A stretch of DNA of 64,000 nt from the NCBI GenBank assembly GCA_964234715.1, contig OZ174277.1, one strand, 5' to 3'. Shown here one piece after another: positions 7,606-21,810 of the stretch (the stretch's first letter is position 1; the number at the start of each line of letters is the position of its first letter). The position numbers were made by a program, and so were the translations under genes. This stretch comes from Podarcis melisellensis. Its lineage: Eukaryota. The notes under the pieces were generated by a model. That model searched no databases and was not told the origin of the DNA. It was given only the letters and a program-made list of their open reading frames with translations.

Positions 7606-9899
7606 CTGAGTTACAGCTGCTAACAGAGATAGATTGGGGGAGCACGACTGGTTTGGCCACACTGGGCCTTGAGCCAAGAGTGCCGCAGGGGGTGCTGCAA
7701 CAATGACAAAGAACAGAAGGCTAGAGGTGGGGGGAGGCACTGAATTTTGCGTTGCACAGGATGCTGCTGAAATTTTAAGACCCAAAGTCTGCCGCTGTTG
7801 CTATGATCCCAGGTGCCACACCATGTAAGCATGGGAGCAGCATTATGGTTTGTGCCAGGGTTGCATCATGTAAGATGCGTAATGATAACAAACAAAAATG
7901 GTGCTTGGATCCTTGCAACATAGCAAGTGCAGCAGATATTTCATATGATGTGAAAACTGAAAGGTTGAATTGTGCTAGAAACATGTTCCTAGGTCAAGCG
8001 TTTTCAGGTTTGAATACATGCTGGCATCACGTCTTCCAAGGGGGAAATGGCCAATGCTTCTTTGACACAGCATGCCTTTCTGTGGGGGCAAAAGGAGGCT
8101 TTATTTCACCCAGGTCAAAGATCCAGTTTGGCACCCCCCCAAGTACTTTTGTGTACACACACACATAGGCTGGGAGCCTCAATGGTGCCCCTCTGGAGGC
8201 TTCACCCAGGGCAAAAAACCCGACTAGTCCCCTATGGCTCTGCTTTCTGCATTCTTCATTTCTTCTTAAGAGTATTGCAAATGGTGGACTGGGGCTTCCT
8301 TTATGACAGGCAGCCTCTTCTTTCCTCTCTGTCTCCTTTTCTGTTTTATTTTCTCTTTGGCTAAATGCGCTGCTTGTCATTTGGGTCGGCTTTCGGGTAT
8401 CGTTTTATAAACCGTATACGGCGTCTTCATAAAACGTGTTTACTTTTGGTGTACAATGCATGCATTACAAGTAGGGCATTGTAATTTACAAGGGGGGCAG
8501 TTTGCCTTCCAAGTCTCTACGTGGGGGCATGTGCCAAGTACAGCTGGTTGAAGCATAATTGGCAATCCAAGCTGTACTGCTTCGTTGTTAATACAGTGAT
8601 TGCAGCTTGCTTAAAAGGTAACCAAGCTTGGGCATGAAAATACTTCTGGCTGAAACAGTATGAGACAAAACAGAGAATCAGGACTTCCTTATGACTTAGC
8701 AATTGCCAGGTTGTGCCATCACAACTGCTGGTGTAGGGGACTGAATGCCGGATTGCTTCCTTATATTATATACTTCCTTCACAAACAAAACTAGTATGCC
8801 AGGGAGATGTCTCTCAGCAAGCCTTTTGATTGATAAGCTAGTTTCTTATGCGGAAGTGTTTTGTATAGGGGAATAGTTAACATGTTGATTCTTCCCTTCC
8901 CTGCTTAAGTCTGAAAACAGCACAGCCCTGCAACAGATCCATCACATCAAATGTTTCTTTTGCTGCTCTGTTCATCAGATTTCGTAAGCATCACAGATGG
9001 ACGTTAATTCTACGGTAGGATGCCACCCTTCCTTTCATATTCTGCAGAACTGTAAGATCTCATCCCATTAATCAGTCTAAGAGCTCACTTTCACTCTTGC
9101 ATAAAACAGTAGGCAAAGAGCAATTTCATGTCAAAACAAGGCATGACTCTGTTCTTGTTTAATAGATTTGCCTAATATGGTCCCCTTGACGAATGTCTGC
9201 TTCTGCACGTATATCACTTCTTGACTGCACTTGACTGCAAGAAACATTGTTTGCAAAGAGATATTATTTGGGTCTACACTGTAATGTTCTTCAATTGTTT
9301 CCCCTCCTTCATGGAATAAATCCACCATAGGCTAGGTTTGGTCTGTACATTTCTTCTAGCACTTTATAGAAAACAAACTTCACCAAGTTAAAACTCTCAG
9401 CAAGGGCAACTTCTAGTGCTACTTGTTGAGACATAGATTTTGACTCTCCTGCCTTTTAAGATTCTTAGCAAAAGGTTAAAGGTGTAATAAGGTGAGTGAA
9501 AATGATGTAGAAAAATACATTGTATTAGGCAAAATTCATTTGCCGAAAATTGTATATTTAATGCCAAAATAGCATTAAAATGTGTATATTGTGAGGAATT
9601 CACACTAAAATGCAGATAAGGACTTTTTGAAATTGCAAACTAATGTGGAGAACTGAACTTAAAATGGGGAAAAATAAGAAACTGAAAGAAAGCATAATTG
9701 ACAGATCTGCCCATTCCTAAATATGTGCCAGTTGACAGATATCTATCAGGCCCATCTGTATGTAAAATTGACAGAAAACTGACTATTCCCCAAGGCATGG
9801 ATTTTAAATATCATGGGGGAAAACATCTAAGAATGTTCTAATCACACAGACTGAAAATTAAAATAGAAAAGGAATTAAAGTTTTGCTATGTTCCCCCAG

Positions 9900-10353
9900 T
9901 TAAAGCTATGGTTTTCCCAGTAGTGATGTATGGAAGTGAGAGCTGGACCATAAAGAAGGCTGATCGCCGAAGAATTGATGCTTTTGAATTATGGTGCTGG
10001 AGGAGACTCTTGAGAGTCCCATGGACTGCAAGAAGATCAAACCTCTCCATACTGAAGGAAATCAACCCTGAGTGCTCACTGGAAGGACAGATTGTGAAGC
10101 TGAGGCTCCAGTACTTTGGCCACCTCATGAGAAGAGAAGACTCCCTGGAGAAGACCCTGATGTTGGGAAAGATGGAGGGCACAAGGAGAAGGGGACGGCA
10201 GAGGACGAGATGGTTGGATAGTGTTTTCGAGGTTACCAGCATGAGTTTGACCAAACTGCGGGAGGCAGTGGAGGACAGAGGTGCCTGGCGTTCTCTGGTC
10301 CATGGGGTCACGAAGAGTCGGACACGACTAAACGACTAAACAACAACAACAAC
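9900..10353 (+). mobile_element. BovB (RTE-clade LINE), 5'-truncated
   Basis: ORF MVFPVVMYGSESWTIKKADRRRIDAFELWCWRRLL...KSRTRLND, a (CAA)n tail, and TSD ATGTTCCCCCAG at 9888-9899 and 10354-10365. Confidence 0.93.
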
Positions 10354-10371
10354 ATGTTCCCCCAGAGGGGG

Positions 10372-10480
10372 ATATGTAGCTGTGCTGGTCCCTTGCAACC
10401 AAAGGAGTCTTGTAGCACCTTTAAGGTTAGCAAATATTATGGTATAAGCTTTCACAGACTATAGTCCACTTCATCAGATG
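10372..10480 (-). mobile_element. Penelope-like element terminal fragment with decayed minimal hammerhead ribozyme
   Basis: Shares gtagcyg.. and gtagcacctt.. blocks with 57990-58205. The minus strand reads CTGATGA-A-GTGGAC-TATA-GTCTGT-GAAA-GC-TTA at 10477-10445. Confidence 0.65.
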
Positions 10481-13400
10481 GGTAAGTCTTGGTTACAGGT
10501 ATATAGATACGTGATGAGGAAATTTTAAATGGTGAAGTCAGAAGGAAATGGAATGCAGTAAAGTACAGAGAGTGATCATCACATTACTAATAGCGGCTAC
10601 ACACACACACAAAGTTATTGATACAACACATAAACCTGACATTGGCAAGCCAATTAACAGATGTAGTGCCTGTTCCAATGCAGTCCACAAGTGAAAGCAC
10701 TGAATATCTTGAAGAAGTGTAATTCAAGTGGATTCACATTGCCATCTCCCTTTGTTCTAGTTTGGCCACACATACACTGCCCCCATCTTTAACAGCAGCT
10801 TGATTTTCTGAAATCACAGTGTGGGAATAAACAACGCCATTTGCTCCTTTCTGTGCACCAAGCTGCTGTTAAAGGCATGGCAAAAGTTCAGTCCTCACAG
10901 CAGCTTGAAATCCAACATGCTGTCTTCTTTTAGAAGAAGCTGCCTCTGCTCAGTTCTGAATCTTCTGCACAGAAGGGCTGCCAACAGAAAAAGATGAGGC
11001 TGGCTGCATGTTGTCTAACTGGGGCCACTGATAAGGCAAGTGCATATGTTTGGAAAGTAGTTTCACAACCACACGGTTTCTTGAAGCTATGCTGCTCAAG
11101 GATGTTAATTGACCTTCTGTCGATATTGTTCACTCCTTTTTGGCATGATAAGGGCAACTGCAGCTGTAGAATAATCACTTGTCCTCCCTTCTCAGGGGAG
11201 CCATTCGATGACATCACCCTGTACAATTTGTTCTGCTGCCTCCCTTGCTTCTGGCCTCATTAATCAGGAGCTCAAGATATCATTGGGGCAGATCTGAGAA
11301 GAGCTACTTCAGGTAGCCTAAATAATTTGGCAAAAAGTTTGACTCTAATTGAGATACTTTGCCAGTGGATTTGCACTGACCTCCAGCTCAGTCATCAACT
11401 GTCTCAGAGCATTAATTTGCAGATTTAGCAGCAGATGACCTCTGGGGCCCACGGCTTTCCTTAGGTGCAGAAATGTCTCCGCAGCATGGGAATATGACAC
11501 TTTAATCCTTCTGCTTTCATTCCCATAACTTGTATGTGAACTGTGAACTGGACATGACTTACCTTTAGAGATGGAGGATTAAATAATTCTTTTAACAATG
11601 GCATCAGATGGCTGGCTGGGATTAGGGTAAGACACTTTGAAAATACATGTGTTGCCAAATATCAAAGGTACCAAACTTAATTCAGACATTGAAAACAAAA
11701 CAGAATTTCTTGTTTATTTGTATCACGTTCCATCTGTGCACAGGCACGTGGATGCCTGCTCTTCCTGCACCAATTTGCCAATCTGATGACTACAAAGACA
11801 TGGTAATAGCCTGTGCTTGGAAAACTTGTCATATATCACTTGAGAGAAACCTTGTCCAAACACTCATTTCTCTAGAAACAACACTTGGGGAAAGGGACAT
11901 GAAGTAGGACACTAAGCAGGCTTGAATGTCTTTGTGTCTTTATTTCTTTCAGGGTTTCTCAAACTTGGGTCTCCAGTTGTTTTTGGACCATAGCTCCTAT
12001 CATCCCTAGCTAGCATTCATGGTGGAGGATGAACTGGATCAGGGCCACAGCATTGTCCTAACTGAAATCACTCCCATCACATACACACATGGCTTCCATT
12101 TCTCCCCAGGAGTGAAGTTTCCAGTGGCTGCAAATATAGCACAAATATTAATGATATGATTGACATTAAGTCTAGTTTGGCCCTTAGAGGCAAGCTCATT
12201 TATTGTGGCATGAGTTTTCACCAGCAAGGAACATGCCTACAAGAAGGAGGCTACAATAAATGTGATACACACCCTTCCAATGTTACAAGACTCTTACATC
12301 ATTTCAAATGGGTGAGGCAAGCCCTCTTGTTGCTAAGCATAGTGCAAGCATCTATTTGATGCCTTTCTCTACCATTTTTCTGCATGCTTAAGCATGCTTA
12401 AGAATCATGATACCATCTTTGAATGAATAGGTTTCTCACATCCAAAAGCCAGCATGAAATATAATCAACCCGTAGCAGCACAGAGCAGAACAATGTAAAC
12501 AACAGATTCAAAATAAAGTATATAATGCATGCACAATCTCCATACAGTCAACACTACATTAGCAGCCTGTTAAATTCCTTCCTTTAACAGACATACCCTT
12601 ATTTTGGCAAATGCCAGGGCAAATATTGCCCATAGTGCCCAAAGAAGTGAGTATTATACAAATAAGTCATAGCCAAAGTCAATCCAGTAAAATCACATCC
12701 ATTTATTCCAGTGGGTCTACTCTAAGTATGACTTCAACCCCACATGTCTTGTCATCCAATAAAAAAATACTAGTTCTAGCATCCACATTTGAAACTTCAG
12801 GATTTATTGATCCAGAATTTGTTATTGGAGACATGGCCAACCAAAACCGTCAGCCTTTCTTTAAGGAACAGGGAATAACACTCATTGAACTTAGTAGAAC
12901 TTACTTCTGAGTAGAAACGCATAGGATTGCACTGTAAATAATAGCTGCCATACGTCAAGTGTTAAGTGAGACATATGCATGTGAGCCCAGCTTAGGTGGG
13001 TGCTTCTCTTGTGTAGGAACAACTGTCATACACACACCCTACAGCAACTTGCATATGCAAGCTTTTCATGTGCCAAAGACTTGCACAGCCCCGCTAGCTC
13101 CCCTAGCCAAGTTGACAGGCCTTTGCTGCATTTGGAGAGGGAATAAAGGAAAATAAAATTAAAAACCCTCCCCCTCTTAACCTTAGGAGCTTGGGATGCG
13201 ATAGCTCAAGAACAGCTGCTTTAGAAGAAGTGATCGGAGTTGGCTGAGTTTCTGCATTGCAATAAAAGGTATGACTGTAATAATAATATTCAGCCATAAG
13301 CCTACATTTGGCGCCAAATCAAAGAAAAGTCATAAACAGCACCTACTGCGTCATGTCATCCCAAGAACCACTTTCATCATTTCTTGAAACAGTGGCTTGT

Positions 13401-15472
13401 GTACAGCTCTCTGCTTCTTAAGCCTCTCCTGCATAACTTACCTGTAAATGGTTTTGTCCTGTGGGAGGAAAGGCTTTTGCATCGTCTGGTCGTCATGGTG
13501 AATGAAAGGATGGAATTCTACCCTGCAGTGAGGAAGCATGATCTCTGTGGCTGAAGACAGATAAACATTAACATGATTTTTTTTTAAAGGGGAATGTCTT
13601 TCCCTTATGATATTTCATATTTTTATGACTGAGTCATTTCTGGGAGATGGATTTGAGAGGTATTGACTTTAAAGTAACAATTATGTGTTCTTTCCATTGA
13701 GGAGTCCAAAGGGTGGTTTAACCAGTCCACTTTTCAAAAATGTATTTGATTTGCACCTTTATCCCTATTAAGCCTGGTACTTCTGATGGCTGATGAAATC
13801 TTTGTGCTGGCTACACTGTTTGGTCTGCCTCTCATAAAGCTGCCTGGAGGAAATGCTCTTTGTTCAACAATAGGCTTGCTGTGCTTGAATAACTGAAGAA
13901 CAATGGCAGAAGTGTGGGAACTATTGGGAACTGTTCAGTCATGGAAGTGAAAAAAGTTACTGATGAATTTCAGGAAGAGAAATAATTGGCTATCACATCC
14001 CTCGCCATAGTTCCATGCAACTGGAAGACACTCCCAAGTCATTAGTGATCTGTGGGTTTGAAGGACATGCTAGAAAGCACGTGGATCAGCTTGTTTGTTG
14101 AAGATATTTCCCCTCTGCCATTGGCAGCAAGTTTAGGTGTTACACGTGCCCAGTAATGTCAGAGTCAATGACAGGTCAATTGTCCTGACTCTAATGGTAG
14201 AAGGATCTTTCTGACGTTCAGAGCACATTCATTAGGAACCCCATATATCTCTGGTTATTATTAAATATAAAAAGTACTGTAACTGCAATTTTTTTCTTAT
14301 ATGCCATTTCCCTTATCCACCCCCTTTTGTTGCAGTTTAGTCTCTTGTATATTAAGTAACATCCCTTTGAATATTGCTGTGAATCTTAGAGCACAGGAAG
14401 TGCCATTTAGCTCAGTATTACTGGCTGCAGCTCCCAGACAGCCCTTCCTGGAGAGGCCAGGGATTGGGCCTGCCACTCTCTACATGTGCTCCAGTCCTGA
14501 GCTATGGCGATTCCTCAGATCTTGTCTCCAGTTGCTGAAATCTCTTCATCAGCTTAGGCCCTGCCTCCACTGGAACTCTTGACATGGCACCCTGATCCAA
14601 TGTAGGATTTTGGATGTGCTTCCAGAGGGATCTCTGGTAACTTGAGGTTGACTCAGAAAATCCAGGCTCACTGTGACAGAGCCCCTATGGATTGCTCACA
14701 TTGTACCTATTTTATTGGTCACACAGAATAAGAATAACATCCTGATAGAACAGATCTGTATCTCTGCCAGGTTCTGTCATCCTTCAAAAGGAGTCACGTA
14801 AGGTAAGGGTTCACTTTTTGATTCCCTTCCCACCCTCTGCCTTTTTAAATGGAGGAAAACAGGAAGGTGAAGAGAAGAGTGCTGAGCTGGAGACCCAGCA
14901 GGTTCCAGAATTTCTTCTTCAGCTCTTGTCGCCTCCCATTGGAGAGGGAACAGAGGATGACTGAGCAGCTTCATATTATTCTTATTCTTATTACTATATA
15001 CTATATATTTAAACCCTGCCTTTTCCTGACAAGGACACAAGACGGCTCCAGTTTACTGCATTCAATTTGGCATTTGAAGCCACCATTTTCCATCAGATTA
15101 AATGATTTGTAGGACCGCAACATCTGATAAACTAATCCGTTAGATTACACGATGGAAGAAACCTCTTGTTTGACTAAAATGTCACCTTCTAGGTGAATCA
15201 GAGAGCAATTTGAAAACAACTGATCATTTTCAATTACAAGCAGTTACAAATACTATTGACAAGCACCACCTTATAACAGCTCTTTCCCTTTCTTACACAG
15301 AAGTGGACAACGTTTCTAAAATGGTTCCTGCTGTCACAAATATGTCCGTCGTCTAAACCAAAACAAGATGTTCTTTTCCTTTCAGAACCACTGGGCTCTA
15401 TCCAATGTTATGTGAGCAGACCTTGAAACTTCCCCTTCCCCTCCCCTGCACCCCCAAATGTAGTCTTCAGAG

Positions 15473-16077
15473 GCCTTCTGGGAAATGATATATAATGAGT
15501 TAAAAAAGGTGTTTAAGTATACTTTTACTAAGAAACCAGAGGCCTTCCTTCTGGGCATTGTCGGCCAGAATGTGTTAAAGAAGGACAGAACATTTTTTAT
15601 GTATGCTACAACGGCGGCAAGGATACTCATTGCTAAGAACTGGAAAACTCAAGATCTACCCACACTGGAAGAATGGCAGATGCAGCTGATGGACTATATG
15701 CAACTAGCCGAGATGACTGGCAGAATCCGTGACCTGGGAGAGGAAAGGGTTGAAGAAGACTGGAAGAAATTCAAGATTTATTTACAAAAGTACTGTAATT
15801 TGGCTGAATGCTAACAAGGATGTCAGAGTAGAAACAACTGTCTACCATCAAATTATATTTTATATTTGAGTTTAACTTAAATTATTGGATTTAAGATTAT
15901 AAACAAAATGATAATTTGCTTGGAAAAATTTTCTTCTTAATGATGCAAGTGGAAGCAGGAGACGTGAGGGAGTCCATAGTAGAATGAAAAGATGTTATAA
16001 AGTTTATTTTGTTTGTTAAATATGTATTTGTATGAAAAAACCTTAATAAAAAATTATATATATATATATATAAAAAA
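15473..16077 (+). mobile_element. L1-clade LINE 3' end (ORF2 C-terminus plus 3' UTR)
   Basis: ORF ..AARILIAKNWK..EEW..LAEMT..DWKKF, an AATAAA and A-rich tail, and an 18-bp TSD CAAATGTAGTCTTCAGAG at 15455-15472 and 16078-16095. Confidence 0.9.
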
Positions 16078-16612
16078 CAAATGTAGTCTTCAGAGTCCCC
16101 TAACCCTCAAGATCAGGATGTCCAAGGGCACACAAGGGGAAGAGAAGAAGAGGGAGGTTTCATTACACTAGTGGACATGTCTTCCACTTGCAGAAGGATG
16201 CTGTTAGATCCAGCCTGATGTTTTCTTCGTGGATTCAGATGAAACAGATTAATGGATTATTTTACTGAAATATAAATGATTAAGGCACATTTAAGGCATT
16301 CACAAGGGAGCAATGAATGTACAAGGGGCAGCATTACAGAGGCGGTCTCTTTCCCCAACCTTCAACCTCTCTTCTGTGGAGGCTCTGGGTGTATATAAAT
16401 GCTGCTCTCAGGAATACTAATGAAGGTTCATAAATTGAGGTGAAGCCTGCAACGGAAATGCCTCTCCAGCATGGACATGCATTGTTTGCTAATTTATTTA
16501 ATTAGGTGAAAAATGCAATTAATTTGAGAATTGCAGCCACTGGTGCATAAGCACGCCTCCAGCCTATTTACTGCAGCATAGTCCCGCTGAAAACTTTAAG
16601 GTTACTGTTGCG

Positions 16613-16664
16613 TTAGATTTATGAAGCAATCAAAACTACTGTTTTGATTGCTTCATAAATCTAA
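16613..16664. repeat. Perfect inverted repeat (24-bp arms, 4-nt loop)
   Basis: ttagatttatgaagcaatcaaaac-tact-gttttgattgcttcataaatctaa. Confidence 0.95.
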
Positions 16665-19600
16665 GCCTTAATAATGAAAAAAAAATCATATGCCTTTCTT
16701 CATTTTTTGTCATTTGCCATCTGTGTTTCCTTATTTATGCTTTTGGGTAGGATACTAAAAAGTAGCATGTACAGAAGTGGTTTTGTAAAAGTTGCTTGTG
16801 CAATTAGAAGAATGTAATTTGCCATTTGTTGTGTCTGTGGTGCATAGCGAATCTTAAACGAGAACATTTCTAGAATCAACTGATAGCAGGGAACCAACAG
16901 AATCATGTGGCAAGTTAAAGACACAATTTCTAAAGGCATCAGCTTTTGTTGGATTAGATTATGAAGTGCCATATTATTAGAAGCATTTTCTCCTAAGCAG
17001 CACCAGGGGTGGGGAAAAAAACCACCACCCCTCAAGACAACAAACTGCCTTCCACATCTTTTTCCTTTGTGGGATCCCTGTGTTTACCTGAGGGAACTTT
17101 CACATGCAAATCATAACAAAGTCATAAAGGGGAAATTAAAATAATGCAGCAATCCTAAACTTCCTTACTTGAAAGTTAACTTCAGAAGGTACAACCTAAA
17201 TCTGCTTCCACCACAGAACAGAGGAGCTACCACCATCTCTGCAGCCGAGCTACTCATGGTACCAGAAGATGGGAGCAAGACAGAGAGATCCTTGTGCCAG
17301 GTTCAGGCTAATGCAGCAACAGGCCCCAGATCAGACCCAATGCTGGTCACCAGCAGCTGTGAGAGCAGCTCAGGAACCAGTGGATTCCAGGGCAGCTCAG
17401 CCCCACCTGCACCCCTGTAACCCCCCATTTTGGGGCTATTTCTTGGACAGATGGGCCTTCTGCCTGCCCACACATTTGATAGGTGGGAAATGGATGTCTG
17501 TGCTGGCCGGTGGCAAGTTGAGTCAGCAGAAGCAGGTGGAGGGTTGCCTTCAATCAGTCAAGCTAACCCAAACCAGCCTGGCATAAAGGGGATTTGGCTT
17601 GCCTCCTTACTTCCACATTTAAGGAAGACCCAATTTTACAATTAAAAGGGGATTCATGGCAGAAACTGGATACTGTCCTATTGTGCTGGTCCTGGGCTCC
17701 CTGTGACTCATCCAGAGTTGGTTGTGCTCCTTACTATGGCTGAAATCCTGGAAGCACTGCTAGTGCATATGTCCTACTGGGCAAGGTGTGATTTGCTTCC
17801 AGGTAGCTATGAGTCTTCTTGAAGCTATAGAACAGGCTAGTCATGATGACTAACTTAGGTTCTGTTGTTTTTGGTGGGATTTGCAAAGTAGTCCTGATAG
17901 CTTGGAAGTTCTTGCGTTTCGTGAGACATGATCCCAGTAGGATGTGGACTTAAAAGTGGGATGGAGAATCATTGAGTTACATGTTTAGGATGGTAGCATT
18001 AATATGAAATATACTACTATTTCTCTTTCAGAAATCTAATACGTGGGACAAAGCTTCTGCCTTGGGAATTCATTTTGCCCCTCCTATGTTTTTCCCCCTG
18101 TGTGTTGCCTTTTCCCCTTAACAGGAAGGCAGGCATGGGCCACTTCCAGATGGCCTCTTCACTGAGTATTCAATCCTGACCTTGTTGCAGGGAGGTGAGA
18201 CAACAGGGCCACTGAATGATGACTCCCTCTGATTTGTTTGCAGGGAGGTTAGGTGATGTTGTGAAAAAACAATGGTCATCCTACACATTCCAGTTCATTT
18301 CCTGGCCACTTTCCTTAATGTGAAAAGTCTGAACTTTGGGGGAAAGTGATTTGTTGCACAGCAGCTTCCTGTCAGCTATAATTGTGCAACTTGAATGTGC
18401 AGGTATGTGCCTGAACCCCACACGAAAGCCACAGCAGTCTAGAGGTACTTATGGTGGTTGCCCAACTGAAGAGAGAAATGAGTTAACTTTTTATTATTAT
18501 TTGCCCTGCTTGAATTTTTGCCACCGTTACACAAGTCCATTTGTGCCTTAACTCTGGCCTTTTCTCTTTTTGTGTCAAACTGAGCAGAATAAAAACCCTC
18601 AGAAAGTTGGCAGGAAGAAAAAAGCTTCTAAAAGAGAACACTTTCCCCCTATTCTTCTTCACATGGCTCCTGGGCCCCCCTCTTCCCCCGTTTCCCCAAG
18701 CTAGTTCAGAGTGTTCTTGTCCAAGGCACACTTCTAAAGCCAGCGCAGGCAGCCATCCTTCTGAGCTTTCCTGAAGAAAGGGAACATTAGCTCAGCTAGG
18801 TGACTTTGCTCAAACCCATATTCTGCCATTATTATTGCTATCAGCCCCTAACCTTCTATCATACGACAGCTTTCTGTGCTGATATCCTGCATCAGAACAC
18901 AGGCAGTGAAAAGCGCTTCTCTCTCGGTTTCCCACGCTCTGCCCCAGCTATTGTTATAAACACAATTAGTTGGCAAAAATTAATCTCTGGGATAAAGCCG
19001 GCTGGGCTCTTGGGACACCTGGGGAGATGTGATGTTTGCAAGAGAGGCTTGAAGACTCACCCAAGCACTCATCCAAATCCTAATAACTTGAAGGGCTGGG
19101 AATAAACAGGAGTAGGGGAGGAAATAATTATATTTCAGTAGACAAAATGTGGGGAGCCATACTGATTTATTTGGTGGTGGTGGGCTGGCATGAGAGCCCT
19201 GATACGCAAACTGAAACAGTATCTTTATTTGTATTAAAACACATAAATAATCACAGAAAAGTGAGAGATTTCACAGTTTCCTTACTCAGGCTTAATGTTT
19301 AACTGAGAGATACATGTGAGTATAGAGATAATCTGTCTGTAGTCCATTCAAACCATGAGATGGCTCACATTCATATCTTTTGATGTGTCTTCTTTTGGGG
19401 CACAAAGCTAAACTGTTTCCATTTATATAGATGAATCAGCATTAATCTGTGATTTTTTTATTAAAACAATTCTATATGAGAATTTGTATTTAAATTTGTC
19501 TTTTGTCAGACAATACATGTTTAAGCATTATTTTATCTGAGTGAGACACTGTGAACCAAAATAAAGTTTGCCAGGCTGTCGAAAGATCAATTGGAAGAAT

Positions 19601-21714
19601 GTAGACTTCTTGTCACTTGCTTTTCTTCTGCTCTTTCCAGCATAGCCCATGCTTTAGAGCTCTGTGTCTGAGTGCCCTTTGTTTTGCTCTCAAACTTCCC
19701 CCTTGAAAACCCATTCTTAACCCTGAGTTGGAGCAAATGGCTCCTATTGACATTTGCTCCAATTGAGTGCTAAAGAGTGGGTTTTCGTGGGGAAAGCTCC
19801 GGGGGGTGGGGACCATGCTTGGCCACAGAGCTTTTAATTGAGGACCTGTGCCTGGAAAGGGAAGAGCATGAGGTAAGTGTGGAGAAGCCCCCCAAACAGC
19901 ACTTTTGATTACGTTAAACTCAGTATCATATTGCAAACTTTTGCCCATGCGATGCAGTGAAAGAAACTGAGCATGTGGCCAAACCCCACACCATTTGAGT
20001 TACCATTACCCCAAAAGAGGCCTTTGTTGTACTCTGCTATCATCTTCAGTGGTCCATCTGCCCTGGCTTCTCTTCAAAGCTATGCCAAAGTTGCATCTGG
20101 AAAAGGAAGAAGCATCTGTTCTCTTTCCCCTATTGGGAAATTGTGTCTGGTCAGCTCTCTGCGTAAAATATTGATTTCACATATTAACTGTGATTTTCAA
20201 AAGCAACTTCACTTGCATCATTTTTTCTTTTCATGTCATAAAGAACAAAGTGGAGAAGCTCTCATGTGTTCTTCATCATGTGTGCAAGTCAAAAAGGGGA
20301 CTCCTTTAGGGAAAACACTAATTGCAGGACTTTTTTCTGGGAAAAATCATTTCCCAGCACTTATGATTTTCCATTATGAAACAAAAACTTAAGCTGGAAA
20401 TGTGGTCTTGCCTCATCTAGCTGAAAATATCTTTTTCACAATTCAGTATGACTTATTTCAAATGAATGCCATTCTGAAATATGACATACCCATGAAGTAT
20501 TGTCAAGAGCTGAATTGACAAAGGACTTTCCAGATTCTAAGCTGGTCTAGCCACTGGCAAATTGTGGCAAGAGACCTGATCTGTGCCTATTTACTGCACT
20601 GGACTAGAGATGGATAAATGCACATACTTCCTCTTTGTCAATGGTAGCATGAAAAGCTCACTTCTTCACATTCAAAGTCAGCAGTGGCGCAAAGGTCTAC
20701 GCTTCATGAAGCAGGAGTGAGGAGAAACACTCCCTCCTTATTGTCTCTCTCACTGTCCCTGCTTTCTTCTCCTCCACTCTGCCCAGCAGCTGCTTCTGTT
20801 GTCATTGCTGCCCTTCCTGCCCTGTTCCCGCTGCTGCCCATTTACTTTGAAATAACTTTGTTGTTGTTTTTTACCTGACAAGCAAATCTTCTGGGTGCCA
20901 CTGCAGGATGCCTCCAAGCCACTTCACCCAAAGTGCCTCATTCTGAAGAAGGTTCCTCTTGATCCTTTCTCAGAGTGAGGCAGCCACCCATATGAGGCTT
21001 CTGTGAGCCTGCCTGGGCCTTCAGCAGTGCAAAGCAAGTGAGGGCCTGGGGGTAGCAATCTGCCAACACCCCAAAGCCCACTGCCTAATACAACTTTATC
21101 AAATTGCCTCATGGTGTGGATTGGCCATGTCCAAAGTTCACTTGTCAGTATGGAATCATTTGTTTGAAGGCAACCTAATATGAAATGTGGCCCCATCCAG
21201 ACTTCCCTCAGGATGTGGTGCCATACCTGAGTCAGCAGGAAACCCAAGAGCAAACACACAGGGAACAGGCACACAGGCCAGCCAGGATTAAGAGCAAGAC
21301 AGAACAGAGCAAGGCAAAGGAACCAGAAGGCGTAGCAAGCGGCTCTAAGCAGGAACTGTTGACCTGCCTGCTTGCAGCCTCTTTCAGCTTCCTTTTATAG
21401 GGAAGACTGGGAAATGTCCTTGGGTAAACTTGCATTCCACGCAAAGCAGAACCAAGAAGCTGTTCTTGACACAACCTTTGCAACATGCAAAGCTTTGCAC
21501 ATTGCGGGAGAGGGGCACTCAAGCAATTTTCCACGTGCAAAGCCAGATTGTACAGTTGTGCCACTTTGGCAACTGAAAACCTGCAACCTGATTGGGAACT
21601 GGTAATACTTAAGTTGACTCTTCTCCTTAGTTTGCTCTTCTGGAAGGAAATAGTTGGCTTCATATCAGGCGTATGGAAAGCTTTTTCAGCCAGAGGACCA
21701 CATTCCATTCTGGG

Positions 21715-21810
21715 TAGGTAAAAGGTAAGGTAAGGTAAAGGACCCCTGGACGATTAAGTCCTGTCAAAGGCAACTAGGGGGTTGTGGTGCTCATCTTGCT
21801 TTCTGGGCTA
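21715..21810 (-). mobile_element. Sauria-SINE-type 3' fragment
   Basis: aaggtaaggtaaggtaaagggacccctg...gtcc..gtc..ggc.act.gggg reads as an (ACCTT)n-type tail plus 3' stem on the minus strand. Family assigned from recalled squamate SINE ends. Confidence 0.65.
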
